Shown here piece by piece: positions 38,333 to 47,002 of a stretch of DNA of 61,608 nt. Every line of letters begins with the position of its first letter. Positions within the stretch are counted from its first letter, which is position 1. Origin of the DNA: Candidatus Omnitrophota bacterium (GTDB lineage: Bacteria; Omnitrophota; Gorgyraeia; Zapsychrales; JANLHA01); NCBI GenBank assembly GCA_031423615.1, contig JANPFV010000122.1:1-61608 (forward strand), written 5' to 3'. A program made the position numbers and the translations under genes. Under the pieces are notes generated by a model. The model did no database searches. It was not told the DNA's origin and saw nothing but the letters and a program-made list of their open reading frames with translations.

Positions 38333-38364
38333 TATACAGTAACAATAGAATTCTGTCAAGGGGG

Positions 38365-40323
38365 TTACCGGATGGCGGCGCCGAGGTCTTGAATAAATTT
38401 CTGGAGGATTTGTTCGTGAACCGGAGCAATTTGTGCTTCGGTCAATGTCCCTGTGGAGGATTGGTAAAGCAAAGAAAAAACAAGGCCTTTTTGTCCAGCG
38501 GCGATCTTTTCACCAAGATATTGCTCAAGAAAATTAACGGCGATCAAATATTTCCCGCCGTGTTCACGGGCCAAAGATTCGATCTGGGCAAAAGTAACAT
38601 CGGGCCTGACCGCCAGGCTCACATCGCGCGTAATGGACGGAAAAGCAGACAAAGGCGAGAACCGCCTGCTTTGCGGTTTCAACTTGTAAAGGGCTTCCAG
38701 ATCAATCTCGGCATAATACACATCGTCGGATTTTAAATCCCAGTTTTTTAAAACATCTTTACCGATTTTATTTAAAGAAAGAACTTTATCCTGTTTTTCA
38801 AATCCCAGGCCCTCAAAAACGCGGCCAACCATTCCTTTAAGGTCGTAGAAATCCACGGGTTCCTTCGTATGGGTCTGCCAATTTAGCAGACGGGACCCTG
38901 TCAAGATAATGCCTAAAACTTCCTTTTCTCCGGCGACCGAATAAATTTTCCCAAGCTCGAATAAACGCAGGTTCTTTTGACCCCGATTAAAATTTAAATT
39001 GACGACGGCCAAAAGGCTGGCCAAAAGCGAGGGCCGCAGAAATTCTTGATCAGAACTTAAGGGGTTTTTAATTCTTAAAGCGGAACTGGCCCCGACCTTT
39101 GTTCTTTCTATGGCCACAGCGCTAATCAAAGGGTAACTCATGGCTTCGTCTAAACCCAAACCCGTCAAAATGCGGCGCAATTTTCTTTTGAGTTGAAAAC
39201 GTAAAGAGGGAACAATCGCTGATGGCTTAATTTGCGGCAAGCTCGACGGAAGCCGGTCATAGCCGATGATCCGGGCAACTTCTTCAGAAATATCAACAGC
39301 CCCTTTGATATCATTACGAAAACTTGGGGCCGTGATATTAAGGATATAAGACTTGCCTGTGACCAGAAAACCGAGATGACTTAAAATCTTTTTTGCCTGT
39401 GTCGCCAGAATTTTTGTACCGAGAAAATGACTTATGGCCGCCACATCAACGGCAAAACTTTTTTGCGAACTTGCTTTATGAAAGAAAAGGTCCCGATACC
39501 GGATGATTTTGCCTCCGGCGCAGGCAACAATCCGGCTCAAAGCCCGTTTGGCCGCAATATCAACATTCACAAAATCCACACCGCGCTCAAAGCGATACGC
39601 CGAATCGCTTGTCAAACCTAAAGCGCGTCCGGCACGGCGGATTAAAATCGGATCGAAATAAGCGCTCTCCAACAAAATATTTTTTGTCTGCGCCGTTACT
39701 TCCGCGGCTTGACCACCCATAATTCCGGCAAGCGCAACCGGCCTTTGGGCATCGGCAATGACTAAAATTGCAGGATTCAGCTCGCGCTCTACGCCGTCGA
39801 GAGTGACGATTTTCTCCCCGGCTTTGGCGCGGCGCACAATAATCTTACCGCCGATCAATTTGTCATAATCAAAGGCATGCAAAGGTTGACCGTTTTCAAA
39901 AAGTCCATAATTGGTTGTGTCAACGACGTTGTTGATCGGACGCAAACCCACTGCCTGTAATCTGGCTTTGATCGTAGGAGAGGAGTCAGCGACAGTAACG
40001 TTTTCAACGACGCTGCCGATATAACGCAAACAGGCGGCCCGATCTTCTATTGTGACATCACAAAAGGCTTTAGGAATGGGGGATAATTTTAATTTCGGCG
40101 TTCTTAAAGGTTTATTAACAATCGCGCTCACTTCCCGGGCCAGACCCAAGGTATTCAAACAGTCCGGGCGGTTGGGTGTAATCTCAATTTCAAAAACCTT
40201 ATCGCCCCCGACATCGTCTACACCTTTGACTTCATGACCGGCCATGGTGAGACGTTCGGCGAGTTTATCTGCCGAAAGTCCATGTTTAACAAAATCATTG
40301 AGCCAATTGAGACTGAGTTTCAT
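38365..40323 (-). CDS. pheT: Phenylalanine--tRNA ligase beta subunit (short form lacking the OB/B2 domain)
   Basis: EITPNRPD, GQPLHAFD, RFERGVD, EEVARIIGY, C-terminal FDX-ACB domain. Confidence 0.95.
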   Translation of the reverse strand: MKLSLNWLNDFVKHGLSADKLAERLTMAGHEVKGVDDVGGDKVFEIEITPNRPDCLNTLGLAREVSAIVNKPLRTPKLKLSPIPKAFCDVTIEDRAACLRYIGSVVENVTVADSSPTIKARLQAVGLRPINNVVDTTNYGLFENGQPLHAFDYDKLIGGKIIVRRAKAGEKIVTLDGVERELNPAILVIADAQRPVALAGIMGGQAAEVTAQTKNILLESAYFDPILIRRAGRALGLTSDSAYRFERGVDFVNVDIAAKRALSRIVACAGGKIIRYRDLFFHKASSQKSFAVDVAAISHFLGTKILATQAKKILSHLGFLVTGKSYILNITAPSFRNDIKGAVDISEEVARIIGYDRLPSSLPQIKPSAIVPSLRFQLKRKLRRILTGLGLDEAMSYPLISAVAIERTKVGASSALRIKNPLSSDQEFLRPSLLASLLAVVNLNFNRGQKNLRLFELGKIYSVAGEKEVLGIILTGSRLLNWQTHTKEPVDFYDLKGMVGRVFEGLGFEKQDKVLSLNKIGKDVLKNWDLKSDDVYYAEIDLEALYKLKPQSRRFSPLSAFPSITRDVSLAVRPDVTFAQIESLAREHGGKYLIAVNFLEQYLGEKIAAGQKGLVFSLLYQSSTGTLTEAQIAPVHEQILQKFIQDLGAAIR

Positions 40324-40325
40324 AT

Positions 40326-40562
40326 TTATGAATGCGAATAATTAAACTGCATTGGAAGTTTATCTAATGACGGAGAAATGTTCTTAAGATTCGCGTCGAT
40401 AAAATGCCGGTATTTCTTTTGTAAAGCAATGACTTTATCGACGATATGTAGGGCTATTGTTCGATATTCTTCGTCCGAAACTTCCGCCGCATTGGCTGGC
40501 GCGCAAAATAAAAGACCAGCGAAAACGCAGAGGACGATTTTATTAATAGAAATGGTTTTCAT
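40326..40562 (-). CDS. Small hypothetical secreted protein between pheS and pheT
   Basis: Signal peptide ending ANA; fills the gap with 5-nt and 2-nt spacers. Confidence 0.55.
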   Translation of the reverse strand: MKTISINKIVLCVFAGLLFCAPANAAEVSDEEYRTIALHIVDKVIALQKKYRHFIDANLKNISPSLDKLPMQFNYSHS

Positions 40563-40567
40563 CGATT

Positions 40568-41605
40568 TTAAAATTGTTTTAAAAAACGAATGTCATTTTC
40601 AAGAAAAAGACGAATGTCATTAATGCCGTATTTGAGCATGGCCATGCGTTCTACACCCATTCCAAAAGCCAACCCGGTATATTTTCCTTTTGGATATTTC
40701 ACCGCTTCAAAAACTTTTGGATTGACCATGCCGCATCCCATAATTTCCAGCCAGCCTTTGCGCCCGCACACCGAACAGCCTTTGCCGTCGCAAATGTAAC
40801 AGGAGATGTCGACTTCAGCGGAAGGTTCCGTGAAAGGAAAGTAATGGGGCCGAAAACGCATCCGGGTTTTTTCTCCGAACAACCGCTGACAAAAAGCCGT
40901 CAATAAGCCCTTTAGATCGGAGAATTTGATATCGTGATCAACAAGCAATCCTTCAATCTGATGAAAAACAAACGAATGGCTCGCATCCACAGCGTCGGGC
41001 CTATAAACTTTTCCGGGAATGACCACGGCAAAGGGCGGTTTAAATTCTTTCATCAAACGGATTTGCACCGGCGAAGTTTGACTGCGCAATAAAAGATAGC
41101 GGCCTTGTTGATCGGGGTCGGGTGTTTCTAAATAAAAAGTGTCGAAGGAATCCCGCGATGGATGATCAGCGGGAATGTTTAAAGCCGTAAAATTGTTAAA
41201 TTCCGTTTCGACTTCCGGTCCATCTTGGACAACAAATCCCAAATGTTCAAACGTTACACAGATTTCCTCAATGATCTGCGACAAAACATGTTCATGTCCC
41301 AGCGCCGGCGCAATTCCCGGCAATGTCACATCCAGAGAAGCGGCTGTATCTGCGGATAACGACCCTTCCAGAGAAACTTTTTTTTCATCAAGAAGCCGGC
41401 TTATAGTATTGCGAAAATCATTGGCATATTTCCCAACGAGCGGCTTTTCTTCCGGCGATAAAGTCGGCAGGCTCGCATAGATTTCCGTTACAAGTCCTTT
41501 GCGTCCTAAAAACTTTACCCGTAACCCTTCGAGATTTTTAAAATCCGCACAGCCAGCGATTTCCTGGCTGGCATCTTGCATAAGTTTTTCGAAATTCCAT
41601 TTCAT
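40568..41605 (-). CDS. pheS: Phenylalanine--tRNA ligase alpha subunit
   Basis: HPSRD..DTFY, FHQIEGL, FPFTEPSAE, FGMGVER. Confidence 0.97.
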   Translation of the reverse strand: MKWNFEKLMQDASQEIAGCADFKNLEGLRVKFLGRKGLVTEIYASLPTLSPEEKPLVGKYANDFRNTISRLLDEKKVSLEGSLSADTAASLDVTLPGIAPALGHEHVLSQIIEEICVTFEHLGFVVQDGPEVETEFNNFTALNIPADHPSRDSFDTFYLETPDPDQQGRYLLLRSQTSPVQIRLMKEFKPPFAVVIPGKVYRPDAVDASHSFVFHQIEGLLVDHDIKFSDLKGLLTAFCQRLFGEKTRMRFRPHYFPFTEPSAEVDISCYICDGKGCSVCGRKGWLEIMGCGMVNPKVFEAVKYPKGKYTGLAFGMGVERMAMLKYGINDIRLFLENDIRFLKQF

Positions 41606-41700
41606 GTTTTTTAAATCCCACTTGCTACCATGGCCGGTCCGCCAGGGTTCATTCCAGCCCGGGATGTCTTTCGCTTCAATAGGAAAACCCGGGGTTCAGT

Positions 41701-41741
41701 AAAAAAATGACCCGCTTGACCTTAAAGATCATGCGGGCCAT
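41701..41741 (-). terminator. Rho-independent terminator after rplT
   Basis: GGCCCGCATGA...TCAAGCGGGTC stem followed by a T7 tract on the minus strand. Confidence 0.6.
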
Positions 41742-41762
41742 CTGATACGACGAGAGGAAAAA

Positions 41763-42155
41763 TCAATCGACTTTTTTAGCCGACTTTGCAACCGCCTTTG
41801 ACCCGTTATGCTCTTGGGCAATTTTCACAAGACGATTGAACGCGGCCGGTGAAGAAATCGCCAATTCGGAAATAATCTTACGGTCAACCGCCACCTTGGC
41901 TTTGGTCAAGCCGCCGATAAATTGGCTATAAGTCATTCCCATTTCACGACAAGCCGCATTGATACGGACCGTCCAAAGTTTACGGTACTCACCTTTATTG
42001 ACTTTGCGATCACGATAGGCATACGCTTGCGCTTTGATGCGGGTACGCTTGGCTTGCGCGTAACGTTTATGACGCTGTTGAAAATATCCTTTGGCCGCTT
42101 TAAGCACTCGTTTTTTGCGGCGCTTGGTGGCAACATTTGTGCGAACTCTAACCAT
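41763..42155 (-). CDS. rplT: 50S ribosomal protein L20
   Basis: AKGY, YAYRDRK, LWTVRINAA. Confidence 0.97.
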   Translation of the reverse strand: MVRVRTNVATKRRKKRVLKAAKGYFQQRHKRYAQAKRTRIKAQAYAYRDRKVNKGEYRKLWTVRINAACREMGMTYSQFIGGLTKAKVAVDRKIISELAISSPAAFNRLVKIAQEHNGSKAVAKSAKKVD

Positions 42156-42345
42156 ACGGCAACAACCTCCTTATCCGACGTGCATCCACGGCGGAAACAA
42201 AACCTGCTTTACGCAATTGACGTTTCCGTTTCCGGGTTTTCTTTCCTAAAATATGGCGACGACCGGCATTGCGCTTTTTGATCTTTCCTTTTTTGGTGAT
42301 CTTAAAGCGCTTCATCGCGGCTTTATTCGTTTTAAGTTTCGGCAT
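42148..42345 (-). CDS. rpmI: 50S ribosomal protein L35
   Basis: MPKLKTNKAAMKRFKIT...LLPYG. Confidence 0.95.
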   Translation of the reverse strand: MPKLKTNKAAMKRFKITKKGKIKKRNAGRRHILGKKTRKRKRQLRKAGFVSAVDARRIRRLLPYG

Positions 42346-42889
42346 CTTCGCTTCCTTTCTCTGCGACTGAGGTTTTTTTGTCAGCCCTCGGAATAACCAC
42401 AACCGACATGACCCTTCCTTCCATGGAAGGTGGCTTTTCGATCTGGCCGTGGCTGCTAAGGTCCACAACAAAACGATCGATTATTTTTTTCCCTAAATCC
42501 ACAAAAGCCATTTCCCGGCCGCGGAAAAAGAGGTTTACTTTGACTTTATCTTTTTTAGCCAAAAATGTCTGCGCCTGCTTAAGCTTGGTGTGGTAATCAT
42601 TGTCGGCAATGTGCGGCTTGACTTTGATCTGTTTTAAATGCGCGACATGCTGGCTTTTTTTGACCCGGCGTTCCTTGCGTTCCTGGTCATATTTGTATTT
42701 GCTAAAATCCATTATGCGACAAACTGGGGGACGCGCGGTCGGCGCCACCTCGACGAGATCCAGGCCGCTTTCAACCGCCAATTCTAAAGCGCGGCGGATC
42801 ATCAAAACGCCCAGCTGTTCAGCTTCCGGGCCGATCACCCGGACTTCCGGAGAACGAATCCGTTCATTAACTCGTATGACTTTTTGAAT
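42332..42889 (-). CDS. infC: Translation initiation factor IF-3 (AUU start)
   Basis: RVNERIRSPEVRVI, LDLVEV, PPVCRIMD, FRGRE; ATT start at 42887-42889 with GGAGG RBS. Confidence 0.95.
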   Translation of the reverse strand: MQKVIRVNERIRSPEVRVIGPEAEQLGVLMIRRALELAVESGLDLVEVAPTARPPVCRIMDFSKYKYDQERKERRVKKSQHVAHLKQIKVKPHIADNDYHTKLKQAQTFLAKKDKVKVNLFFRGREMAFVDLGKKIIDRFVVDLSSHGQIEKPPSMEGRVMSVVVIPRADKKTSVAEKGSEDAET

Positions 42890-42902
42890 AACGACCTCCC
42901 TT

Positions 42903-42975
42903 TGTCATTTCCGCATGATTTTCGCGGGAATCTCTGAATTGAAAAAATCCCCGCTTAAAGCGTTCGGGGACAACA
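42903..42975. repeat. REP-like palindromic pair between thrS and infC
   Basis: TGTCATTTCCGC...GCGGGAATC and ATCCCCGC...CGGGGACAAC hairpins. Confidence 0.5.
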
Positions 42976-42982
42976 CCTCAAT

Positions 42983-44716
42983 TTAAATTTTCTTTTCTTT
43001 AACTTCACCCAAAATAAAATCGCCAAACTGGGCCATGGACATCAGGCTTTGTTCTGATCCCACACGCTTGCGGACCGCAACTTCCCGGGAAGCGACTTCC
43101 TTTTCCCCCAGAACAAGCATATAGGGGATTTTTTTTACCGTCGCCTCGCGAATACGTTTACCTAAACTCTCGTTTCGCTCGTCAATTATAACCCTGATTC
43201 CATTTTTTTGTAAATCTTCTTTTACTTCCTTAGCAAAACCTTGCTGTTCAGGAGAAAGAGGAATCAAAGCCACCTGCACCGGAGCGAGCCACGTCGGGAA
43301 AGCGCCGGCGTAATGCTCAATCAGATTTCCCATGAACCTTTCTAAACTGCCTAAAATCGCGCGATGAATCATGATCGGCCGCACTTCCTTGCCATTTTCA
43401 TCAATATAAGACATCGCGAAACGTTCCGGCAAAGCAAAATCACACTGGATCGTAGCACACTGCCATTTGCGGCCCAAGGCGTCCTTCAATTTAATGTCGA
43501 TCTTGGGCCCATAAAAAGCACCGTCGCCTTCATTAACTTGAAAAAGGATCTTTTTATCTTTCAAAGAATTTTCCAGCGCTTGTGTCGCCACATCCCAATT
43601 CTCAATACGGCCAATATATTTTTCCGGTCTCGTCGAAAGTTCAATCTCCAGGTCTGTAAAACCAAAATCCTTCATCACGTCAAAAACAAAATCAATGACG
43701 CCTTCGACTTCACTTTTGATCTGGTCCTGACGGCAAAAAATATGCGCATCGTCCTGGGTAAATCCGCGCACCCGCAAAAGACCGTGCAACACCCCCGCTT
43801 TTTCCTGACGATAAACCGTTCCTAACTCAAAATAACGGACAGGCAGATCACGATACGAACGGGTTTTCGATTTAAAAATCAAAATATGGCCGGGACAATT
43901 CATCGGTTTGACCGCGTATTCTTCATTGTCCACGTCGAAGAAATACATATTTTCCCGGTAATGGTCCGCGTGCCCGCTGATCTCCCAAAGTTTTCCTTTG
44001 AGAATATGCGGAGTCATGACCAGATCGTATCCGCGCTTGATGTGCTGTTCACGAACATAATCTTCAATGACCTTGCGCAGCATGGCGCCATTGGGATGAT
44101 AAAAAACCAACCCGGCACCCGCAGTTTCGTGATAAATCTGGAAAAGATCAAGCGCGACACCTAATTTTCGGTGATCGCGTTTTTCGGCTTCGGCCAAAAT
44201 ATTTAAATATTTCTTAAGATCGTCTTCCGAAAAAAATGCGGTCCCGTAGATCCTTTGCAACATGGCATTTTTTTCGTTCCCCCGCCAATACGCCCCAGCG
44301 ACCGACAACAATTTAAAAGCTTTTATTTCTCCGGCATTATCAACGTGGGGGCCTTTACAAAGATCCAGCCATTCGTCTCCGGTTTTAAAAATAGAAACGT
44401 TCTCATCAGAAATCCCGTCAATCAACTCAACTTTGTATTTCTCGCCTTCTTTGCCAAACATTTTTAAAGCTTCGTTACGCGGCATGGACGATTGAACAAA
44501 CCTCGGCTTACGCGCAATGATCTGACGCATAACTTTTTCAATGGCTTTCAAATCATCGTCGGAAAAAGGATCTTTTTTATCAAAATCGTAATAATAACCG
44601 TTTTCGATAGCCGGGCCGATTGCAACCTTCACATCCGGCCACAACTGCTTGACGGCCTGCGCCATCACGTGCGAACAGGAATGCCGCAATTTATCTAAAT
44701 CTGTTTTGTATTCCAT
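42983..44716 (-). CDS. thrS: Threonine--tRNA ligase (short form without TGS domain)
   Basis: RHSCSH, DLCKGPH, RDHRKLG, KPMNCPGH, FTQDDAH, IHRAILGSLERF. Confidence 0.97.
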   Translation of the reverse strand: MEYKTDLDKLRHSCSHVMAQAVKQLWPDVKVAIGPAIENGYYYDFDKKDPFSDDDLKAIEKVMRQIIARKPRFVQSSMPRNEALKMFGKEGEKYKVELIDGISDENVSIFKTGDEWLDLCKGPHVDNAGEIKAFKLLSVAGAYWRGNEKNAMLQRIYGTAFFSEDDLKKYLNILAEAEKRDHRKLGVALDLFQIYHETAGAGLVFYHPNGAMLRKVIEDYVREQHIKRGYDLVMTPHILKGKLWEISGHADHYRENMYFFDVDNEEYAVKPMNCPGHILIFKSKTRSYRDLPVRYFELGTVYRQEKAGVLHGLLRVRGFTQDDAHIFCRQDQIKSEVEGVIDFVFDVMKDFGFTDLEIELSTRPEKYIGRIENWDVATQALENSLKDKKILFQVNEGDGAFYGPKIDIKLKDALGRKWQCATIQCDFALPERFAMSYIDENGKEVRPIMIHRAILGSLERFMGNLIEHYAGAFPTWLAPVQVALIPLSPEQQGFAKEVKEDLQKNGIRVIIDERNESLGKRIREATVKKIPYMLVLGEKEVASREVAVRKRVGSEQSLMSMAQFGDFILGEVKEKKI

Positions 44717-44729
44717 AAAAATTTGAATG

Positions 44730-44813
44730 TGGATCCCTGCTTTCGCAGGGATGACAAATATATTTTTGTCAATCCTGATTTACTGAGATGATTCCCGCGA
44801 AAGCGGTTATCCA
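44730..44813. repeat. REP-like palindromic pair upstream of thrS
   Basis: TGGATCCCTGCTTTCGCAGGGATGACA and inverted partner ATTCCCGCGAAAGCGGTTATCCA. Confidence 0.65.
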
Positions 44814-44820
44814 AACAAAA

Positions 44821-44894
44821 TGGACCCGACAAGACTCGAACTTGTGACCTCTTCCATGTCAAGGAAGCGCTCTAACCAACTGAGCTACGGGTCC
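44821..44894 (-). tRNA. tRNA-Val(GAC)
   Basis: GGACCCG...CTTCC TT GAC AT GGAAG...GTTCGAGT...CGGGTCCA; CCA not encoded. Confidence 0.95.
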
Positions 44895-44957
44895 GTGCGC
44901 TTTGCTTTTTAATAAATCTCAAATTTCCTTCCAAATATTTAAAACTCTTTTTTCAAG

Positions 44958-45040
44958 TGGGCAAGGAGGGAGTCGAACCCTCACGACCTTTCGGCCACAG
45001 GATTTTAAGTCCTGCGTGTATACCATTCCACCACTTGCCC
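44958..45040 (-). tRNA. tRNA-Leu(TAA)
   Basis: GGGCAAG...CAGGA CT TAA AA TCCTG, long variable arm, GGTTCGACTCC; CCA not encoded. Confidence 0.95.
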
Positions 45041-45139
45041 AATAACCACGTGATTGTAGTGCTCCGTGAAAATCCATCACGGTGGGAATGGGGTGCCGCA
45101 TGCATTTTGCGGCCCCAGTGATGCCGATTTATTTTATAC

Positions 45140-45215
45140 TGGAGGCGAGGACCGGACTCGAACCGGTGAACGACGGTTTTGCAGACCGCGGCCGTAACCA
45201 CTTGGCTACCTCGCC
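45140..45215 (-). tRNA. tRNA-Cys(GCA)
   Basis: GGCGAGG...GCGGT CT GCA AA ACCGT...GGTTCGAGTCC...CCTCGCCTCCA. Confidence 0.95.
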
Positions 45216-45312
45216 AAAATCTCGCAGAATTTTTTGGCCCACACACAAACATTTCTCGTCCGGCGAAGCGAAACTGCCTCATCAAGAAATGTTTGCCGCC
45301 TTCACCAATTTT

Positions 45313-45858
45313 TCAAATAACAGTTTTTAAAACCTTAATGATCTTTTCCGGTTCTTCAAAATGCCCCTCGCCATTAACTCCGCAGGCGAGCTGGCCTTTA
45401 ACCGGATTGATGAAAATAAAACCATGATCTTTAAGCTTTTTACAATTTTCCTGAACGATTCTATTTTTATACATCGTTTCGTTCATGGCCAAAGCGATCA
45501 AAACCGGAGCGCTGGTCGCTAAAATGGCGCATGTCAAAATATCATCCGCCAAACCCGTCGCCAGCTTAGCAATAATGTTCGCCGTCGCCGGAGCAATCAA
45601 AATCGCATCCGCACTTTGCGCCAGCGTGATATGGCTCATCTGTCCGTCTTTCACCCAATCTTCAAATCGACCCGTGAGAACTTTTTTCCCCGACAGAGAC
45701 TCTAGGGTGAGCGGCGTAATAAAATATTCGGCTTCTTTTGTCATCACCACCGAAACGTCATAGCCGCAATCCAGCAAACGCCTCACCAGATCCGCCGACT
45801 TATACGCCGCGATGCTACCGGTCACACCCAATAAGATATGTTTTTTATTAACGGCCAT
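45313..45858 (-). CDS. coaC: Phosphopantothenoylcysteine decarboxylase (stand-alone CoaC domain)
   Basis: GVTGSIAAYK, HITLA, APATAN, AMNETM, LACG...GEG; ends before any CoaB domain. Confidence 0.88.
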   Translation of the reverse strand: MAVNKKHILLGVTGSIAAYKSADLVRRLLDCGYDVSVVMTKEAEYFITPLTLESLSGKKVLTGRFEDWVKDGQMSHITLAQSADAILIAPATANIIAKLATGLADDILTCAILATSAPVLIALAMNETMYKNRIVQENCKKLKDHGFIFINPVKGQLACGVNGEGHFEEPEKIIKVLKTVI

Positions 45859-45872
45859 GAAATTCTATTTCT

Positions 45873-46154
45873 TTACGCCTTGGCTTCGGCTTCTTCGTCC
45901 GCGGGAGCTTCTTCTTTTTTGCCTTTTTTAACTTTGGGCGGAGCGAATTGATCAGCCACCGACTTGATAACAACTTTTCCGGCGCGGATTTCATCTAAAG
46001 CGATCGTCGGTGTTTTTGTGTCCGCATGCACATCATTAATCAGCTTGGGGCTTCCATCAGCCAATTCCAAAGAGCGCTTTGCGGCCAAACGCACCAATTT
46101 GTAAATACTGTAGCCGGATTTTGGTAAAAGTTCTTCGATCGGTTGATATGCCAT
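45873..46154 (-). CDS. rpoZ: RNA polymerase omega subunit
   Basis: SIYKLVRLAAKRS...IALDEI; gmk-rpoZ-coaC synteny. Confidence 0.9.
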   Translation of the reverse strand: MAYQPIEELLPKSGYSIYKLVRLAAKRSLELADGSPKLINDVHADTKTPTIALDEIRAGKVVIKSVADQFAPPKVKKGKKEEAPADEEAEAKA

Positions 46155-46177
46155 AACGACTTGCCTCCTCTTAATAT

Positions 46178-46291
46178 CCCAAATTCCTACTTAGAAAATG
46201 ATTCTCCCCTCGAGACCTCGACGAGTGAAATTTTTCACCCATTGGGTGAAAGGCTGCTCGTCGATAAACGGTTTCTAAGTAGGAATCGGGG
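46178..46291. mobile_element. MITE-like palindromic element
   Basis: Perfect 15-bp IR ATTCCTACTTAGAAA (46183-46197) / TTTCTAAGTAGGAAT (46272-46286); nested inner stems; TAATAT on both flanks. Confidence 0.55.
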
Positions 46292-46374
46292 TAATATATA
46301 AACTGTTGACTTATATTCATTTAAAGAATCGCTATTTATATCACAGACCCGTCAGAATGTCAAAATTGTTTTCT

Positions 46375-46953
46375 TCAACCCTTCCCGAGAATCTCCTTGG
46401 TCAAAATGCTCGCCAGCTCGCGATACGCCTGATGTAAGCTGTCATTGACCACCACATAATCATACGCTGGGGCTTCCTTAAGTTCATCTTTAGCAATTTT
46501 TAAGCGCAATTTCAGGCTCGCGGGATTTTCTGTTCCCCGTTTTTGCAAACGTTTTTTAAGGTCGGCTAAGGTTGGTGTTTTAATAAAAATCTTTAATGCC
46601 TCTTTGCGCTGACGGCTTACATGCGCCGCACCTTTCACATCAATGCAAAGCAAAACATTTTGACCCCGCGCTAAAGCCGCATCCACTTTATCCTTGGGCG
46701 TTCCATAATAATTGTCAAAAACCTTCATTGACTCTAGAAATTCGCCCGCCTCCTGTCTCGCTACGAATTCATCCTTGCTCAAGAAAAGATAGTCGCGGCC
46801 GTTTTTTTCTCCGCTTCTCGGCGGACGGGTCGTCGCGGAGAGAGACCGGACGAGCTTTCGCTTAAACGCCGGACTTTCCAAAAGTTTTTGGTGAAGGGTC
46901 GTTTTCCCTGAACCTGACGGGCCGGAAAGAATCACGATCTTGCCGCACTTCAT
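46375..46953 (-). CDS. gmk: Guanylate kinase
   Basis: [28 protein letters not shown]. Confidence 0.95.
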   Translation of the reverse strand: MKCGKIVILSGPSGSGKTTLHQKLLESPAFKRKLVRSLSATTRPPRSGEKNGRDYLFLSKDEFVARQEAGEFLESMKVFDNYYGTPKDKVDAALARGQNVLLCIDVKGAAHVSRQRKEALKIFIKTPTLADLKKRLQKRGTENPASLKLRLKIAKDELKEAPAYDYVVVNDSLHQAYRELASILTKEILGKG

Positions 46954-47002
46954 AAGTTAGTGTTTTCCTTAAAAGGAACAAAAGGCCGGCTGCGGGGCAG
47001 AC

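Noticed and set aside
41606-41700. Possible T-box or pheM attenuator before pheS
   Set aside because: No T-box consensus or Phe-rich leader peptide seen
45247-45295. Hairpin CAAACATTTCT...AGAAATGTTTG upstream of tRNA-Cys as a possible tRNA-Gly
   Set aside because: No cloverleaf or T-loop; simple stem-loop
44919-45427. Short ORFs over the tRNA cluster
   Set aside because: They overlap tRNA-Leu/Cys and have no protein features
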